Source: Corynebacterium glutamicum ATCC 13032
GTDB taxonomy: Bacteria; Actinomycetota; Actinomycetes; Mycobacteriales; Mycobacteriaceae
Direction: 5' to 3'
DNA length: 32,000 bases
Assembly (NCBI RefSeq): GCF_000011325.1
Contig: NC_003450.3
Coordinates: 1,440,001-1,472,000, forward strand
Shown here: positions 1 through 9,115 of the stretch, piece after piece
How the letters are laid out: the number at the start of each line of letters is the position of its first letter
Position numbering within the stretch: position 1 is the stretch's first letter
Notes under the pieces: generated by a model
Told to the model about the DNA's origin: nothing
The model's database searches: none
What the model saw: only the letters and a program-made list of their open reading frames with translations
Made by a program: the position numbers and the translations under genes

Positions 1-476
1 TGCCGGCGGATATGCACGCCCTCCGGTGAAACGGTGGTGGCCAGATAAAACGGGCGCGCCATGGGGGAGCGCCAATCCAACAGCAACGTGCGGTAATTAT
101 CTTCACGCACATCAAGACCCATGCGACCGATATAACGACGATCCAAATCAGGGTGGCCCGGGACCGGGTTCTCAGCGTCCTCAGCTTCAGACTCCACATC
201 GATTCGACCGAAGACCAACCCGAGTTGAGCCAAATTAAGCCGGTCCAACTTCTCATTCAGGCCGTGATACTCAGTTTCACGACGAACAAGTGCTTCCGGA
301 TCAGGGTTTGAGGGGTCGACGTCTTTCATCACCTCAGAAAGACGCTGATTAGACCTGGCTACCTCATCATCGAGGCGACCGAAAAGTACATCAACATAAG
401 CCTGTTCTTGGCTAATTGCTGTGGTGAGGGCGTTATGGACATCTGATTCTGAATCAGATTGCCGAATGGTGGTCAC
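1..476 (-). CDS. UvrD/Rep-type superfamily 1 helicase, HelD-like; N-terminal ~158 codons only (gene runs off the left edge)
   Basis: Missing from the ORF track because it is open at the window edge. Hand translation of the reverse strand starts at GTG (complement of 474-476) with GGAGG 9 nt upstream. It gives VTTIRQSDSESDVHNALTTAISQEQAYVDVLFGRLDDEVARSNQRLSEVMKDV...DRRYIGRMGLDVREDNYRTLLLDWRSPMARPFYLATTVSPEGVHIRR, with no stop down to position 1. A coiled-coil N-terminus followed by YIGR...L.DWR.P.ARPFY is what I recall for actinobacterial HelD-type helicases. The helicase motifs themselves lie outside the window. Confidence 0.7.
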   Translation of the reverse strand, partial: MTTIRQSDSESDVHNALTTAISQEQAYVDVLFGRLDDEVARSNQRLSEVMKDVDPSNPDPEALVRRETEYHGLNEKLDRLNLAQLGLVFGRIDVESEAEDAENPVPGHPDLDRRYIGRMGLDVREDNYRTLLLDWRSPMARPFYLATTVSPEGVHIRR

Positions 477-597
477 TCCGGGAGACCTCCTGTTTCCTGA
501 TGTGGAGCAGTGAGAAAAAGTGTTTGAACTGGAATAGATACAACACTTGGGAGCTATCAATCATTCCAGATAGCGGTTAAAGCGGGAACAATGGGTG

Positions 598-651
598 AAA
601 AACCGCCACGTTACCCCGGCAATTCCAGGGATAACGTGGCGGAAATTTTTT
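598..651 (-). terminator. Intrinsic terminator downstream of the DoxX-like gene (possibly bidirectional)
   Basis: 11-bp perfect stem ccgccacgtta (603-613) / taacgtggcgg (632-642), extendable by ccc/ggg across one mismatch. On the minus strand it is followed directly by TTTTT (complement of 598-602), about 30 nt after the stop at 672-674. On the plus strand the same stem is followed by AAATTTTTT. Confidence 0.75.
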
Positions 652-671
652 CTCAATCAGGAAGAAGTTAC

Positions 672-1586
672 TTAAAGTTCGATGCCCTTCAGCTTCTTCT
701 GTGCACGATCGATGGCCTTATCAGCCTGCTTCTGAAGCTTGTCGTAGCTCTTAGTTGCCTTCTTGTTGGCGCGACCAGAGGTTTCCTCTGCGACCTGAAG
801 AGCAAAGTTAGCCTTTTCCTGAGCCTTGCCGGCAGCCTTCACTGCAGACTTACGAGCAGTCTTGGCGTTAGCCTGCGCAGCCTCAAGCCAGTCACCGCTG
901 TTCTCCTCAAGGTAAGAGGTAGCCTTGTGAGCGTAATCGCTCACAGTATCAGCGACCTTGTGAGCAGTCTCGGTTGCGGACTTGATCCAGTCATCCTTGT
1001 TCTCACCGACAAAATCCTGAGCGGTGTACGCGTACTCGGTGACCTTGTCAGAAGTATCGTTGAACCAATCAGAGGCCTTCTCACCGAACTTTTCAGTCTC
1101 AGATTTGGTTGGAAGTGCCTGCTGCAGCTGCTTCTTGCCACGCTTTGTAGCATTGGTTGCACGCCACTTCACGCCAGGCTTGCCCTCAGTATCAACAGAA
1201 GTGATAAACAGGCCACCAAGCAGGGCAATGTTGGTGAGGAAACCGTTGCGGCGGTTACGCTTTTCATCCGCATCCTGGGTTTCCCAGAACGCATTGCGAG
1301 CCAGGATGTTAGGGATAGTCAGGATTGCGAGGGTAGCTGCAGAGGTGCGTGGTGCACGACCAATAGCTAGCAAAGAACCCGCACCGACTTTGGTGCCGCC
1401 AATGACGCGGGTGACCAATTCTGGATCTCTGGAAATGCGCTTTGCGTACTTACGGGGCAGCACATAACGGATACGATCCAGAACTACCTGAGTGCCTTCG
1501 ACGTGTGCGCTGGTGTTCAATACTGTTTCTGCGCCATCTGCGACGTAGACCGATGCAAGCATTGGTCGAGCAAGTTTGCGGATCAT
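672..1586 (-). CDS. DoxX-family-like membrane protein with a long C-terminal hydrophilic repeat extension
   Basis: 304-aa ORF with an ATG start and GGAG about 11 nt upstream. The N-terminal ~135 aa (MIRKLARPMLASVYVADGAETV...FLTNIALLGGLFITSVDTEGKPG) has the hydrophobic-helix pattern I associate with actinobacterial DoxX proteins. The C-terminal ~165 aa is Lys/Ala/Glu/Asp-rich, has no hydrophobic segment, and carries three repeats anchored on GE(K/N)xxDW (GEKASDWF, GENKDDWI, EENSGDWL). Confidence 0.75.
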   Translation of the reverse strand: MIRKLARPMLASVYVADGAETVLNTSAHVEGTQVVLDRIRYVLPRKYAKRISRDPELVTRVIGGTKVGAGSLLAIGRAPRTSAATLAILTIPNILARNAFWETQDADEKRNRRNGFLTNIALLGGLFITSVDTEGKPGVKWRATNATKRGKKQLQQALPTKSETEKFGEKASDWFNDTSDKVTEYAYTAQDFVGENKDDWIKSATETAHKVADTVSDYAHKATSYLEENSGDWLEAAQANAKTARKSAVKAAGKAQEKANFALQVAEETSGRANKKATKSYDKLQKQADKAIDRAQKKLKGIEL

Positions 1587-1789
1587 TATGGTGATGCTCC
1601 AATCAAAATACTGTTGTCCAGTTTTATAAGCCGAGGTGGGCCACTGGATTGTTTTCAGATTTTTTCTCCTCGTCCGATCGTACCTAGGTATTGGCGACGA
1701 GGTTGGCAGGTTTCCATCTTTTGCAGGAAATTCTCAGGAAAGCACGTTGTCGGTGCGCTGCTCGAACAGTGCCTGGTTGAGAAAAGCGC

Positions 1790-2392
1790 TTACCAGCGAC
1801 GCTCCCACCAGATTTCCAGCTGTGGACGCTCGGCTCCAAGGGTGGTTTCCTTGCCGTGACCTGGCCACACGATGCTGTCATCGTCGTAGGTGTCAAAGAT
1901 GCGCTCTTTGACATCGTTGAACAGTCGGACGAAGTCGCCTTCGCTGCTGGTTTTGCCCAAACCGCCGGGGAAGAGGCTGTCACCCACGAAAAGGTGAGTT
2001 TTACCGTCGATCTCAGCGGTGAGTACTGCACCGCCTGGGGTGTGGCCGCGCAGAATGCTGATAGGGAATACATGACCCTCAAATTCAATTGAATCACCAT
2101 GATGCAGTTCCACATCAACAGCGGAGGGCAAAGCTGGCACCTCAAGGAAAGGCGCGTAGTGAGTTGCTCCGGTCTTCTGGAGAACCTCCGGCAATGCACG
2201 GACGTGGTCTGCGTGGCGGTGGGTGGTCAACACTTTGGTGATGGTCACACCGGCATCTTCGGCTAATTTAAGTAGTGCAGCTGCGTCATCTGCAGCATCA
2301 ATGAGTAAACCGTTGCCATTTGCGGCCAAAAGGTAGCAATTGTTGTCCATTTGGGACACGGAAATATGGTGAAGAGTGAGCTCGTTAGTCAT
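1790..2392 (-). CDS. MBL-fold metallo-hydrolase (glyoxalase II-like)
   Basis: The ORF track extends this to 2623 (277 aa), but that extension overlaps the uvrA start and has no homology signal. The first plausible start is the ATG at 2392 (MTNELTLHHISV...), giving 200 aa. It carries the HxHxDH motif (THRHADH) plus the later RGHTPGG, VGDSLF and WPGHG metal-ligand positions typical of the metallo-beta-lactamase fold. Confidence 0.85.
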   Translation of the reverse strand: MTNELTLHHISVSQMDNNCYLLAANGNGLLIDAADDAAALLKLAEDAGVTITKVLTTHRHADHVRALPEVLQKTGATHYAPFLEVPALPSAVDVELHHGDSIEFEGHVFPISILRGHTPGGAVLTAEIDGKTHLFVGDSLFPGGLGKTSSEGDFVRLFNDVKERIFDTYDDDSIVWPGHGKETTLGAERPQLEIWWERRW

Positions 2393-2420
2393 GTGGTTCA
2401 GACTAGCGGAAACACCTTGT

Positions 2421-2436
2421 TCGATGCTATGTTCGA
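2421..2436. promoter_or_regulatory. Candidate LexA (SOS) box in the MBL-hydrolase/uvrA divergent spacer
   Basis: TCGATGCTATGTTCGA has one perfect TGTTCGA half-site and a TCGA partner. That is 11 of 14 specified positions of the C. glutamicum LexA consensus as I recall it, TcGAA(a/c)AnnTGTtCGA. It lies about 50 nt upstream of the uvrA TTG start. uvrA is a classic SOS gene. Confidence 0.55.
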
Positions 2437-2486
2437 AGGTGTATTTTTTGAAGCGACAAAAATCGATTTTGAAGGGCAGTTGAGCA

Positions 2487-5336
2487 TTGGCTGATCGCCT
2501 CGTAGTGCGCGGAGCGCGTGAACATAACCTAAAAGGCGTGGATATTGATTTGCCACGCGACTCGATGGTGGTGTTCACCGGCCTGTCAGGTTCCGGTAAA
2601 TCATCACTGGCCTTTGACACCATCTTTGCGGAAGGCCAGCGCCGTTACGTGGAGTCGTTGTCCAGTTACGCCCGCATGTTCTTGGGGCAGATGGACAAGC
2701 CGGACGTGGATTTGATTGATGGATTATCCCCAGCGGTCTCCATTGACCAAAAATCCACCAACCGCAACCCTCGGTCCACAGTCGGTACCATCACGGAAGT
2801 CTATGACTACCTGCGTCTTCTGTACGCCCGCGCTGGTACCGCACACTGCCCAGTGTGTGATGCCCGCGTGGAGCGTCAAACCCCCCAGCAGATGGTGGAC
2901 CAAATCCTTGGCATGGAGGAGGGACTGAAGTTCCAAATCCTTGCGCCTGTGGTGCGTACCCGTAAAGGTGAGTTCGTTGATCTTTTCGCAGATCTTGCAT
3001 CCCAAGGTTATTCCCGCGTGCGGGTTGATGGGGAAGTGCACCAGCTCTCGGATCCTCCAAAGCTAGAAAAGCAGATCAAGCACGATATTGATGTTGTGGT
3101 TGACCGTCTGCAGGTAAAAGCCAGCCAAAAGCAGCGCCTGACAGACTCTATGGAAACCGCACTTCGCCTGGCCGATGGCGTGGCTGTGCTGGAGTTCGTT
3201 GGCCTGGAGGAAGATGATCCGAATAGGCTTCGTCGATTCTCTGAAAAGATGAGCTGCCCTAACGGTCACGCGTTGACGGTTGATGAGCTGGAGCCTCGTG
3301 CTTTTTCCTTCAACTCTCCTTATGGCGCGTGTCCTGCCTGTGATGGCTTGGGTGTGCGCACCGAAGTTGATATTGATCTGATCATCCCAGATCCAGATGC
3401 ACCTGCAACTAAAGCGGTTCAGCCCTGGAACTCCAGCCCAAACCACTCTTACTTTGAAAAGCTCATTGAAGGCCTGGCGAAAGCCCTCGGATTTGATCCG
3501 GAAACTCCGTACAGTGAGCTCACCGCAGCTCAAAAGAAGGCTCTGGTCTATGGATCGAAGGAAGAAGTAAGCGTTCGATACAAGAACCGCTACGGACGCG
3601 TGCGTTCTTGGACTGCGCCTTTTGAAGGTGTCATGGGCTACTTTGATCGCAAGTTGGAGCAGACTGATTCCGAAACCCAAAAAGACCGACTGTTGGGCTA
3701 CACCCGTGAAGTGCCCTGCCCAACCTGTAAAGGCGCACGCCTCAAGCCGGAAATCTTGGCCGTTCGCCTAGACTCCGGAAGCCATGGAGCGTTGTCCATT
3801 GCTGGACTAACCGCGCTGTCGGTGCATGAAGCATTCGAGTTTTTGGATAACCTCACACTGGGCAAGCGCGAGGAAATGATCGCGGGAGCTGTGCTGAAGG
3901 AAATTCACGCCCGCCTGAAATTCCTGCTTGACGTGGGCCTTTCCTACCTCACCCTTGATCGCGCCGCAGGCACCCTGTCTGGTGGTGAAGCGCAGCGTAT
4001 CCGCCTGGCTACTCAAATTGGTTCCGGTCTGGCTGGTGTGCTCTACGTCTTGGATGAGCCATCCATTGGTCTGCACCAACGTGACAACCAGCGCTTGATC
4101 ACTACCCTTGAGCATCTCCGAGATATCGGAAACACGCTCATTGTTGTGGAACACGATGAAGACACCATCAGGCGCGCAGATTGGCTCGTGGATATTGGTC
4201 CTCGAGCTGGTGAATTTGGTGGCGAAGTGGTCTACCAAGGTGAGCCGAAGGGCATTTTGGACTGCGAAGAATCCCTCACAGGTGCTTACTTGTCTGGTCG
4301 TCGAACCCTGGGTGTTCCTGATACTCGCCGTGAGATCGACAAAGAGCGACAGCTCAAGGTGGTTGGTGCTAGGGAAAATAACCTGCAGGGCATCGATGTG
4401 AAAATCCCACTGGGTGTGCTGTGCTGCATCACTGGTGTGTCGGGATCTGGTAAATCCACGCTGGTCAATCAGATTTTGGCCAAGGTTCTGGCCAACAAAC
4501 TCAACCGCGCACGCCAAGTGCCTGGTCGCGCAAAGCGGGTGGAAGGCCTCGAGCACTTGGATAAGTTGGTCCAAGTGGATCAGTCGCCAATTGGTCGTAC
4601 TCCACGTTCAAACCCAGCGACGTACACGGGTGTGTTTGATAAAGTCCGTAACCTTTTTGCCGAGACCACTGAAGCGAAGGTCCGCGGTTACAAGCCTGGC
4701 CGCTTCTCCTTCAATATTAAGGGTGGACGCTGCGAAGCATGTCAGGGCGATGGCACGCTGAAGATCGAAATGAACTTCCTGCCCGACGTGTATGTTCCGT
4801 GTGAAGTCTGTGATGGTCAGCGCTACAACCGCGAGACCCTCGAGGTGAAGTACAAGGGCAAAAACATCGCTGAAGTATTGGGCATGCCGATCTCTGAGGC
4901 TGCGGACTTCTTTGAGCCCATCACCTCAATTCACCGATACCTAGCAACGCTGGTTGATGTCGGCCTTGGCTATGTCCGTTTGGGCCAGGCAGCAACAACC
5001 TTGTCTGGTGGTGAAGCCCAGCGTGTGAAACTTGCCGCTGAGCTGCAGAAGCGTTCCAACGGTCGCACCGTTTACATCCTCGATGAGCCAACTACTGGTT
5101 TGCACTTTGAAGATATTCGCAAACTCATGATGGTGATCGAAGGCCTGGTGGACAAGGGTAACTCCGTGATCATCATCGAGCACAACCTCGACGTGATCAA
5201 GGCTGCCGACTGGATCGTGGACATGGGTCCAGAGGGCGGAAGCGGCGGTGGAACCGTGGTCGCTGAAGGAACCCCAGAGCAAGTTGCTGAAGTTGCGGGT
5301 TCCTACACCGGCCAATTCCTTAAAGAGTTGTTGTAG
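2487..5336 (+). CDS. uvrA: Excinuclease ABC subunit A
   Basis: 949-aa ORF with a TTG start. It has two ABC ATPase modules: Walker [10 protein letters not shown] and GVSGSGKST, and signature [12 protein letters not shown] and [12 protein letters not shown]. Zinc-finger CxxC pairs are present ([33 protein letters not shown]...CEVCDGQRY). The N-terminus [20 protein letters not shown] is typical UvrA. Confidence 0.98.
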   Translation: MADRLVVRGAREHNLKGVDIDLPRDSMVVFTGLSGSGKSSLAFDTIFAEGQRRYVESLSSYARMFLGQMDKPDVDLIDGLSPAVSIDQKSTNRNPRSTVGTITEVYDYLRLLYARAGTAHCPVCDARVERQTPQQMVDQILGMEEGLKFQILAPVVRTRKGEFVDLFADLASQGYSRVRVDGEVHQLSDPPKLEKQIKHDIDVVVDRLQVKASQKQRLTDSMETALRLADGVAVLEFVGLEEDDPNRLRRFSEKMSCPNGHALTVDELEPRAFSFNSPYGACPACDGLGVRTEVDIDLIIPDPDAPATKAVQPWNSSPNHSYFEKLIEGLAKALGFDPETPYSELTAAQKKALVYGSKEEVSVRYKNRYGRVRSWTAPFEGVMGYFDRKLEQTDSETQKDRLLGYTREVPCPTCKGARLKPEILAVRLDSGSHGALSIAGLTALSVHEAFEFLDNLTLGKREEMIAGAVLKEIHARLKFLLDVGLSYLTLDRAAGTLSGGEAQRIRLATQIGSGLAGVLYVLDEPSIGLHQRDNQRLITTLEHLRDIGNTLIVVEHDEDTIRRADWLVDIGPRAGEFGGEVVYQGEPKGILDCEESLTGAYLSGRRTLGVPDTRREIDKERQLKVVGARENNLQGIDVKIPLGVLCCITGVSGSGKSTLVNQILAKVLANKLNRARQVPGRAKRVEGLEHLDKLVQVDQSPIGRTPRSNPATYTGVFDKVRNLFAETTEAKVRGYKPGRFSFNIKGGRCEACQGDGTLKIEMNFLPDVYVPCEVCDGQRYNRETLEVKYKGKNIAEVLGMPISEAADFFEPITSIHRYLATLVDVGLGYVRLGQAATTLSGGEAQRVKLAAELQKRSNGRTVYILDEPTTGLHFEDIRKLMMVIEGLVDKGNSVIIIEHNLDVIKAADWIVDMGPEGGSGGGTVVAEGTPEQVAEVAGSYTGQFLKELL

Positions 5337-7446
5337 GAGAAGATGAGGGGCTTTCATGGGAAGGCTCCTCATTTTTATGGCTAGTCGCCCCATGTCTAGC
5401 CACCTGAGGTCTAGCTACGTCGGCCTTGTTTTCTGAGGTTCTCCGGCCCCTCATAGCAGCGATTGTCAGCAGTGCGATACCGGAGAGCAGGAAGGCAATT
5501 GCGCGGGGAACTCCGGACAGCGCGACCAGGTCAAAGAACACCAGCTTGAAGGTGCCCGCAACCGCCAAGCCAACGCCGGTCCAAAGGGCGCCGGGCGCGT
5601 CGAGAAGCTTCCTATTAAGCATCAGTGCTGCGGCGATGACCATCCACAGGATAGAAACCGTGGCGTGGCCGATGAGGAATCCGAGCATCATGCCGGCATT
5701 TCCTGCGATGAGGCGACCGATGAAGGTTGTGATGGTCACGATGGAAATTGCGGACAGCGTGAGAAGCGTCAAGCCGACCAAAATTTGCAGCCACAGTTTG
5801 TGTCCGTAGAAGCTGCGGCGGACTTGGATTGTGGCGGCAATGAACACCAAGATCAGCAATGCTTGGATGAGCGCTTGGGTATCGGTGAGCCACAGTGGAG
5901 AAATTGAAACGACATTGCGCAGTAGCACGCCGGTCATCGCCACGGCGGCAATCAGCCAAGCGACCCATGGGACGACACCTAATTGACGCTGCGGTGGAAG
6001 CATCCGCAACCACATAAATAGTGCAGCTCCGGCGATGAGGAACACCATGACGAGAAGCGGGTTGGTGGGGAGATCGCCGTAGAACAGCTGGACAAAAGTT
6101 TCAGCAATCAACGCAAGGCCAACAACAGCAATGAGGCGAGACATGCGTTGATTTTCAATGGACGCGGTGTCTGATGAGCGCAGCGCGAAAATTCCGAGAG
6201 CTGCCACCGCACACGCTGGTATCAGGGCAAGCCATGGCCAGTCGACTGCAATGAACATGCTGGTGGTGATGAACACGATGAGCACCGGAGAAACAGCACC
6301 CACCCACGTGGAAACAGGGTTGGTTTCAAAGCTGCGCCAGTATTCCTCCAACGCGATGTCGTGGCTGTCGGTGGCGGTGATCTTAAACGGATCCCACAAT
6401 GTCAAGGCTACGAGTAGGACTGCAGTAATTGTGCCGACGATTGTTGCTGGCCATTCCATGGTTTGCCAGGATGCCGACAAAACAAACTGCAGAATGACCG
6501 CGAATGCCGCCATGCTCGCTCGGATGATATTCGTGGAGATGCGGTACGACAGCAACAATGCCGCAACAATGGAGAAAATTGGCCACCAGGCATCGGCGGA
6601 GAGCGCGAAGAGTATCGCGGAGAATCCTGAAACGGCGATGGCTCCCACAAATACTGTGTGGCCTTCGGCCGCGGACTTCTCGGTTTTGGATAGGCTCCAC
6701 AATCGACCAACGATTAAGAACCCAATATTGCCTATTAATGCCACCAGCGAGCCCAATCCAGGCGGCCACCATTCCAAAATGAAGATGATTGCACTCGTTG
6801 TGGCAAGAAACGCAATCTGGGAGGTAACCGTCAACGCAACGAGTGCTTCCACACGGGTTCCGCGCTTGCGCACATAATGTGCGGCGCCAAGAAGCAGCAC
6901 CGCCAGCAGGTACGCACCAATCACACGACCCAGCGGACCAAGCCAACCGCGTTGAATCGCCACCGACACCAGCAAAATCACGCCGGCCACGGTGATCACA
7001 CCACCGCCGATCGCCACGCCACGCATGATCTTTTCCTCCGACGTCATCGGCGGCTTTGCCGGACGAGCTGGCCGGACGGGGTGCGGGTACGCAGGAGCCT
7101 GCACTTTTTGCTTCTCGACGCCAAGTGGCCAGCCTTCGCTCGCTGGATCCAGGGCGCGATGCCGAACGAAACGTGGAATACGGTTGGTCCCGGAAACATC
7201 CGCCAGTGCAGGCGCCGTTGAGGCGGTTGCATACACCAGTGGTTGGGGCTCAAGCTGAGCCTCGGGTGGGGCAGTGGGCGCTGGGGTGGGAGCCGGGTTT
7301 GCGTCGATAAGCGACATCTCTTGGGCATCAAGGCGTGCAACGAGATCTTTGATGTCATTGCTCGCTGACGCCATGGCGGTAGCCGATGCCGACAATTTCT
7401 CTAACGCGGTGCGTAGAGCCAATCGGTCAGAAGAGTTCATGTCCAT
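5320..7446 (-). CDS. Large polytopic membrane protein (DUF2339-like from memory) with a soluble Pro-rich/coiled-coil N-terminus
   Basis: 708-aa ORF. The first ~140 aa are hydrophilic ([34 protein letters not shown], then [19 protein letters not shown] and [16 protein letters not shown]). These are followed by roughly 18-20 hydrophobic segments through to ...[17 protein letters not shown], and then a ~40-aa hydrophilic tail. There is no SD before the ATG. A CATAAT hexamer sits 8 nt upstream, so a leaderless transcript is possible. The family name is recall only. Confidence 0.8.
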   Translation of the reverse strand: MDMNSSDRLALRTALEKLSASATAMASASNDIKDLVARLDAQEMSLIDANPAPTPAPTAPPEAQLEPQPLVYATASTAPALADVSGTNRIPRFVRHRALDPASEGWPLGVEKQKVQAPAYPHPVRPARPAKPPMTSEEKIMRGVAIGGGVITVAGVILLVSVAIQRGWLGPLGRVIGAYLLAVLLLGAAHYVRKRGTRVEALVALTVTSQIAFLATTSAIIFILEWWPPGLGSLVALIGNIGFLIVGRLWSLSKTEKSAAEGHTVFVGAIAVSGFSAILFALSADAWWPIFSIVAALLLSYRISTNIIRASMAAFAVILQFVLSASWQTMEWPATIVGTITAVLLVALTLWDPFKITATDSHDIALEEYWRSFETNPVSTWVGAVSPVLIVFITTSMFIAVDWPWLALIPACAVAALGIFALRSSDTASIENQRMSRLIAVVGLALIAETFVQLFYGDLPTNPLLVMVFLIAGAALFMWLRMLPPQRQLGVVPWVAWLIAAVAMTGVLLRNVVSISPLWLTDTQALIQALLILVFIAATIQVRRSFYGHKLWLQILVGLTLLTLSAISIVTITTFIGRLIAGNAGMMLGFLIGHATVSILWMVIAAALMLNRKLLDAPGALWTGVGLAVAGTFKLVFFDLVALSGVPRAIAFLLSGIALLTIAAMRGRRTSENKADVARPQVARHGATSHKNEEPSHESPSSSPTTTL
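5343..5378 (+). terminator. Intrinsic terminator of uvrA
   Basis: 13-bp stem 5343-5355 (atgaggggctttc) / 5360-5372 (ggaaggctcctcat minus the leading g), including two G-U pairs. The loop is 4 nt (atgg) and the stem runs into TTTTTAT. It begins 7 nt after the uvrA stop. It lies inside the 3' end of the convergent 5320..7446 ORF. Confidence 0.8.
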
Positions 7447-7486
7447 TACATAAGATTATGTTGGTGTGAAGAACTAAACAGCCCGA

Positions 7487-7515
7487 TTATTCTAGTGACG
7501 CTAATTCGTTATACT
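7487..7515 (+). promoter_or_regulatory. Candidate sigma-A promoter for the infC-rpmI-rplT operon
   Basis: TTATTC (7487-7492), a 17-nt spacer, then TATACT (7510-7515). This would give a leader of roughly 270-320 nt. It is based on pattern matching by eye only. Confidence 0.3.
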
Positions 7516-7734
7516 GTCGACCCCCGCGGAAGTCCTCTGAACAGCGATTTTGTGTTTAGCGGGGGAGGGTGTTAGAGTTTATACCACTACCGCCCGACAT
7601 CAGGTTTTCCTGGTGTGGGTCGCAAGAGGAGATCTTCCCACCTAAGGCCGCCAAGTAAAATTGGTTGGATACAGGTAAAGCAAGTAGTGATGACACGGAC
7701 TAGTGCCCGTGTATAACTCTTGAAAGTCAGATCT

Positions 7735-7766
7735 CCCGTTCATCCTAGATGATGAACGGGTTTTTG
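7735..7766 (+). terminator. Intrinsic terminator/attenuator hairpin inside the infC leader
   Basis: Perfect 10-bp stem cccgttcatc (7735-7744) / gatgaacggg (7751-7760) with loop ctagat, followed directly by TTTTT (7761-7765). It lies 26 nt upstream of the GTG at 7792 and about 75 nt upstream of the ATC at 7840. A terminator immediately in front of an essential operon points to regulated read-through. Confidence 0.65.
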
Positions 7767-7791
7767 GTCTGCATAGGGGCAATCACCTCAA

Positions 7792-8361
7792 GTGGTTCGG
7801 TACGTCAAATTTTCCCGCACTGCTAACAGAGGAGTCCACATCAGCGCTGAAGCTCGCATTAATGAGCGCATCCGAGTTCCCGAAGTCCGCCTTGTCGGAC
7901 CTAACGGTGAGCAAGTAGGCATCGTCCGTATCGAAGATGCCCGCAAGCTCGCATTCGACGCAGACCTAGACCTGGTCGAGGTCGCACCCAACGCCAAACC
8001 TCCAGTCTGCAAGATCATGGACTACGGAAAGTTCAAGTACGAAGCGGCCCAAAAGGCTCGTGAGTCACGCAAGAATCAGCAGCAGACCGTGGTCAAAGAG
8101 CAAAAGCTTCGTCCCAAGATCGATGATCATGATTATGAGACGAAGAAGAACAATGTGATCCGATTCCTTGAAAAGGGATCAAAGGTCAAAGTCACGATCA
8201 TGTTCCGTGGTCGTGAGCAGGCTCGCCCAGAGCTTGGCTACAGGCTCCTCGAGCGACTGGCAAACGATGTCGTAGATTTTGGCATCGTGGAAACCCGCGC
8301 AAAGCAGGACGGACGAAACATGACAATGGTTCTCGGTCCGGTGCGCAAGGGCAAGAAATAA
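7792..8361 (+). CDS. infC: Translation initiation factor IF-3 (5' end uncertain; probable true start is ATC at 7840)
   Basis: Conserved IF-3 sequence [33 protein letters not shown]...[27 protein letters not shown]...[10 protein letters not shown]. The GTG at 7792 has only a weak, distant GGGG. The in-frame ATC at 7840 has AGAGGAG (7828-7834) 5 nt upstream and gives an N-terminus of homologous length. Confidence 0.95.
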   Translation: MVRYVKFSRTANRGVHISAEARINERIRVPEVRLVGPNGEQVGIVRIEDARKLAFDADLDLVEVAPNAKPPVCKIMDYGKFKYEAAQKARESRKNQQQTVVKEQKLRPKIDDHDYETKKNNVIRFLEKGSKVKVTIMFRGREQARPELGYRLLERLANDVVDFGIVETRAKQDGRNMTMVLGPVRKGKK

Positions 8362-8389
8362 TCACGAATAGGGTTTAAGGACAACTTTC

Positions 8390-8584
8390 ATGAAGAACAA
8401 GACCCACAAGGGCACCGCAAAGCGCGTTAAGGTGACTGGCTCCGGCAAGCTCGTTCGCGAGCAGGCAAACCGCCGCCACCTTCTCGAGGGCAAGTCATCT
8501 ACCCGCACTCGTCGCCTGAAGGGCATCGTTGAGGTTGACAAGGCCGACACCAAGCGCATGAAGCGCCTGCTCGGCAAGGCTTAA
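8390..8584 (+). CDS. rpmI: 50S ribosomal protein L35
   Basis: 64-aa basic [40 protein letters not shown]..., with AAGGA upstream and the conserved position between infC and rplT. Confidence 0.97.
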   Translation: MKNKTHKGTAKRVKVTGSGKLVREQANRRHLLEGKSSTRTRRLKGIVEVDKADTKRMKRLLGKA

Positions 8585-8644
8585 GTTTAAAACCTTCGCC
8601 TAAACCCCTCCACCTTTCAAGACAAGATTTAAGGAAGTACCACC

Positions 8645-9028
8645 GTGGCACGTGTCAAGCGGTCCGTTAACGCAAAGAAGAAGCGTCGCGAAATTCTGAA
8701 GTCCGCAAAGGGCTACCGCGGCCAGCGCTCACGCCTTTACCGTAAGGCTAAGGAGCAGTGGCTGCACTCCATGACTTACTCTTACCGCGATCGTCGCGCC
8801 CGTAAGAGCGAGTTCCGTAAGCTGTGGATCCAGCGTATCAACGCTGCTGCACGTATGAACGGCATCACCTACAACCGTCTCATCCAGGGCCTTCGCCTTG
8901 CTGAGATCGAGGTCGACCGCAAGATCCTCGCTGATCTCGCAGTCAACGACTTTGCAACCTTCTCCGCAATCTGCGAGGCTGCAAAGGCTGCACTTCCTGA
9001 GGACGTTAACGCTCCAAAGGCTGCTTAA
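8645..9028 (+). CDS. rplT: 50S ribosomal protein L20
   Basis: 127-aa ORF with a GTG start and AAGGAAG upstream. [38 protein letters not shown]... is canonical L20. Confidence 0.97.
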
Positions 9029-9043
9029 GCTTACAAACGAATT

Positions 9044-9097
9044 GACCTGTGTCCTGTCACCTTCACGGTGGCGGGGGACAGGTCTTTTTCTATTTTT
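9044..9097 (+). terminator. Strong intrinsic terminator after rplT
   Basis: Long interrupted stem. 9044-9050 pairs with 9078-9084 (gacctgt/acaggtc) and 9052-9061 pairs with 9067-9076 (10 bp including 3 G-U), with a single G/G mismatch between them and loop ttcac. It is followed by TTTTTCTATTTTT. Confidence 0.85.
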
Positions 9098-9115
9098 GGG
9101 GTTGGGGAGCTGCGA

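Noticed and set aside
2393-2623. N-terminal 77-codon extension of the MBL hydrolase ORF that overlaps the uvrA start.
   Set aside because: The extension runs through the divergent promoter/SOS-box region and into uvrA, and shows no homology-like sequence. The conserved protein begins at the ATG at 2392.
7749-7826. 25-codon upstream ORF ([25 protein letters not shown]) that starts inside the infC leader terminator and stops just before the SD of the ATC start.
   Set aside because: It is attractive as a coupling or leader peptide, but it has no SD, its ATG is sequestered in the terminator stem, and I cannot assess conservation. It is left as a note only. The 8-codon ORF at 7690..7716 was rejected for the same reasons.
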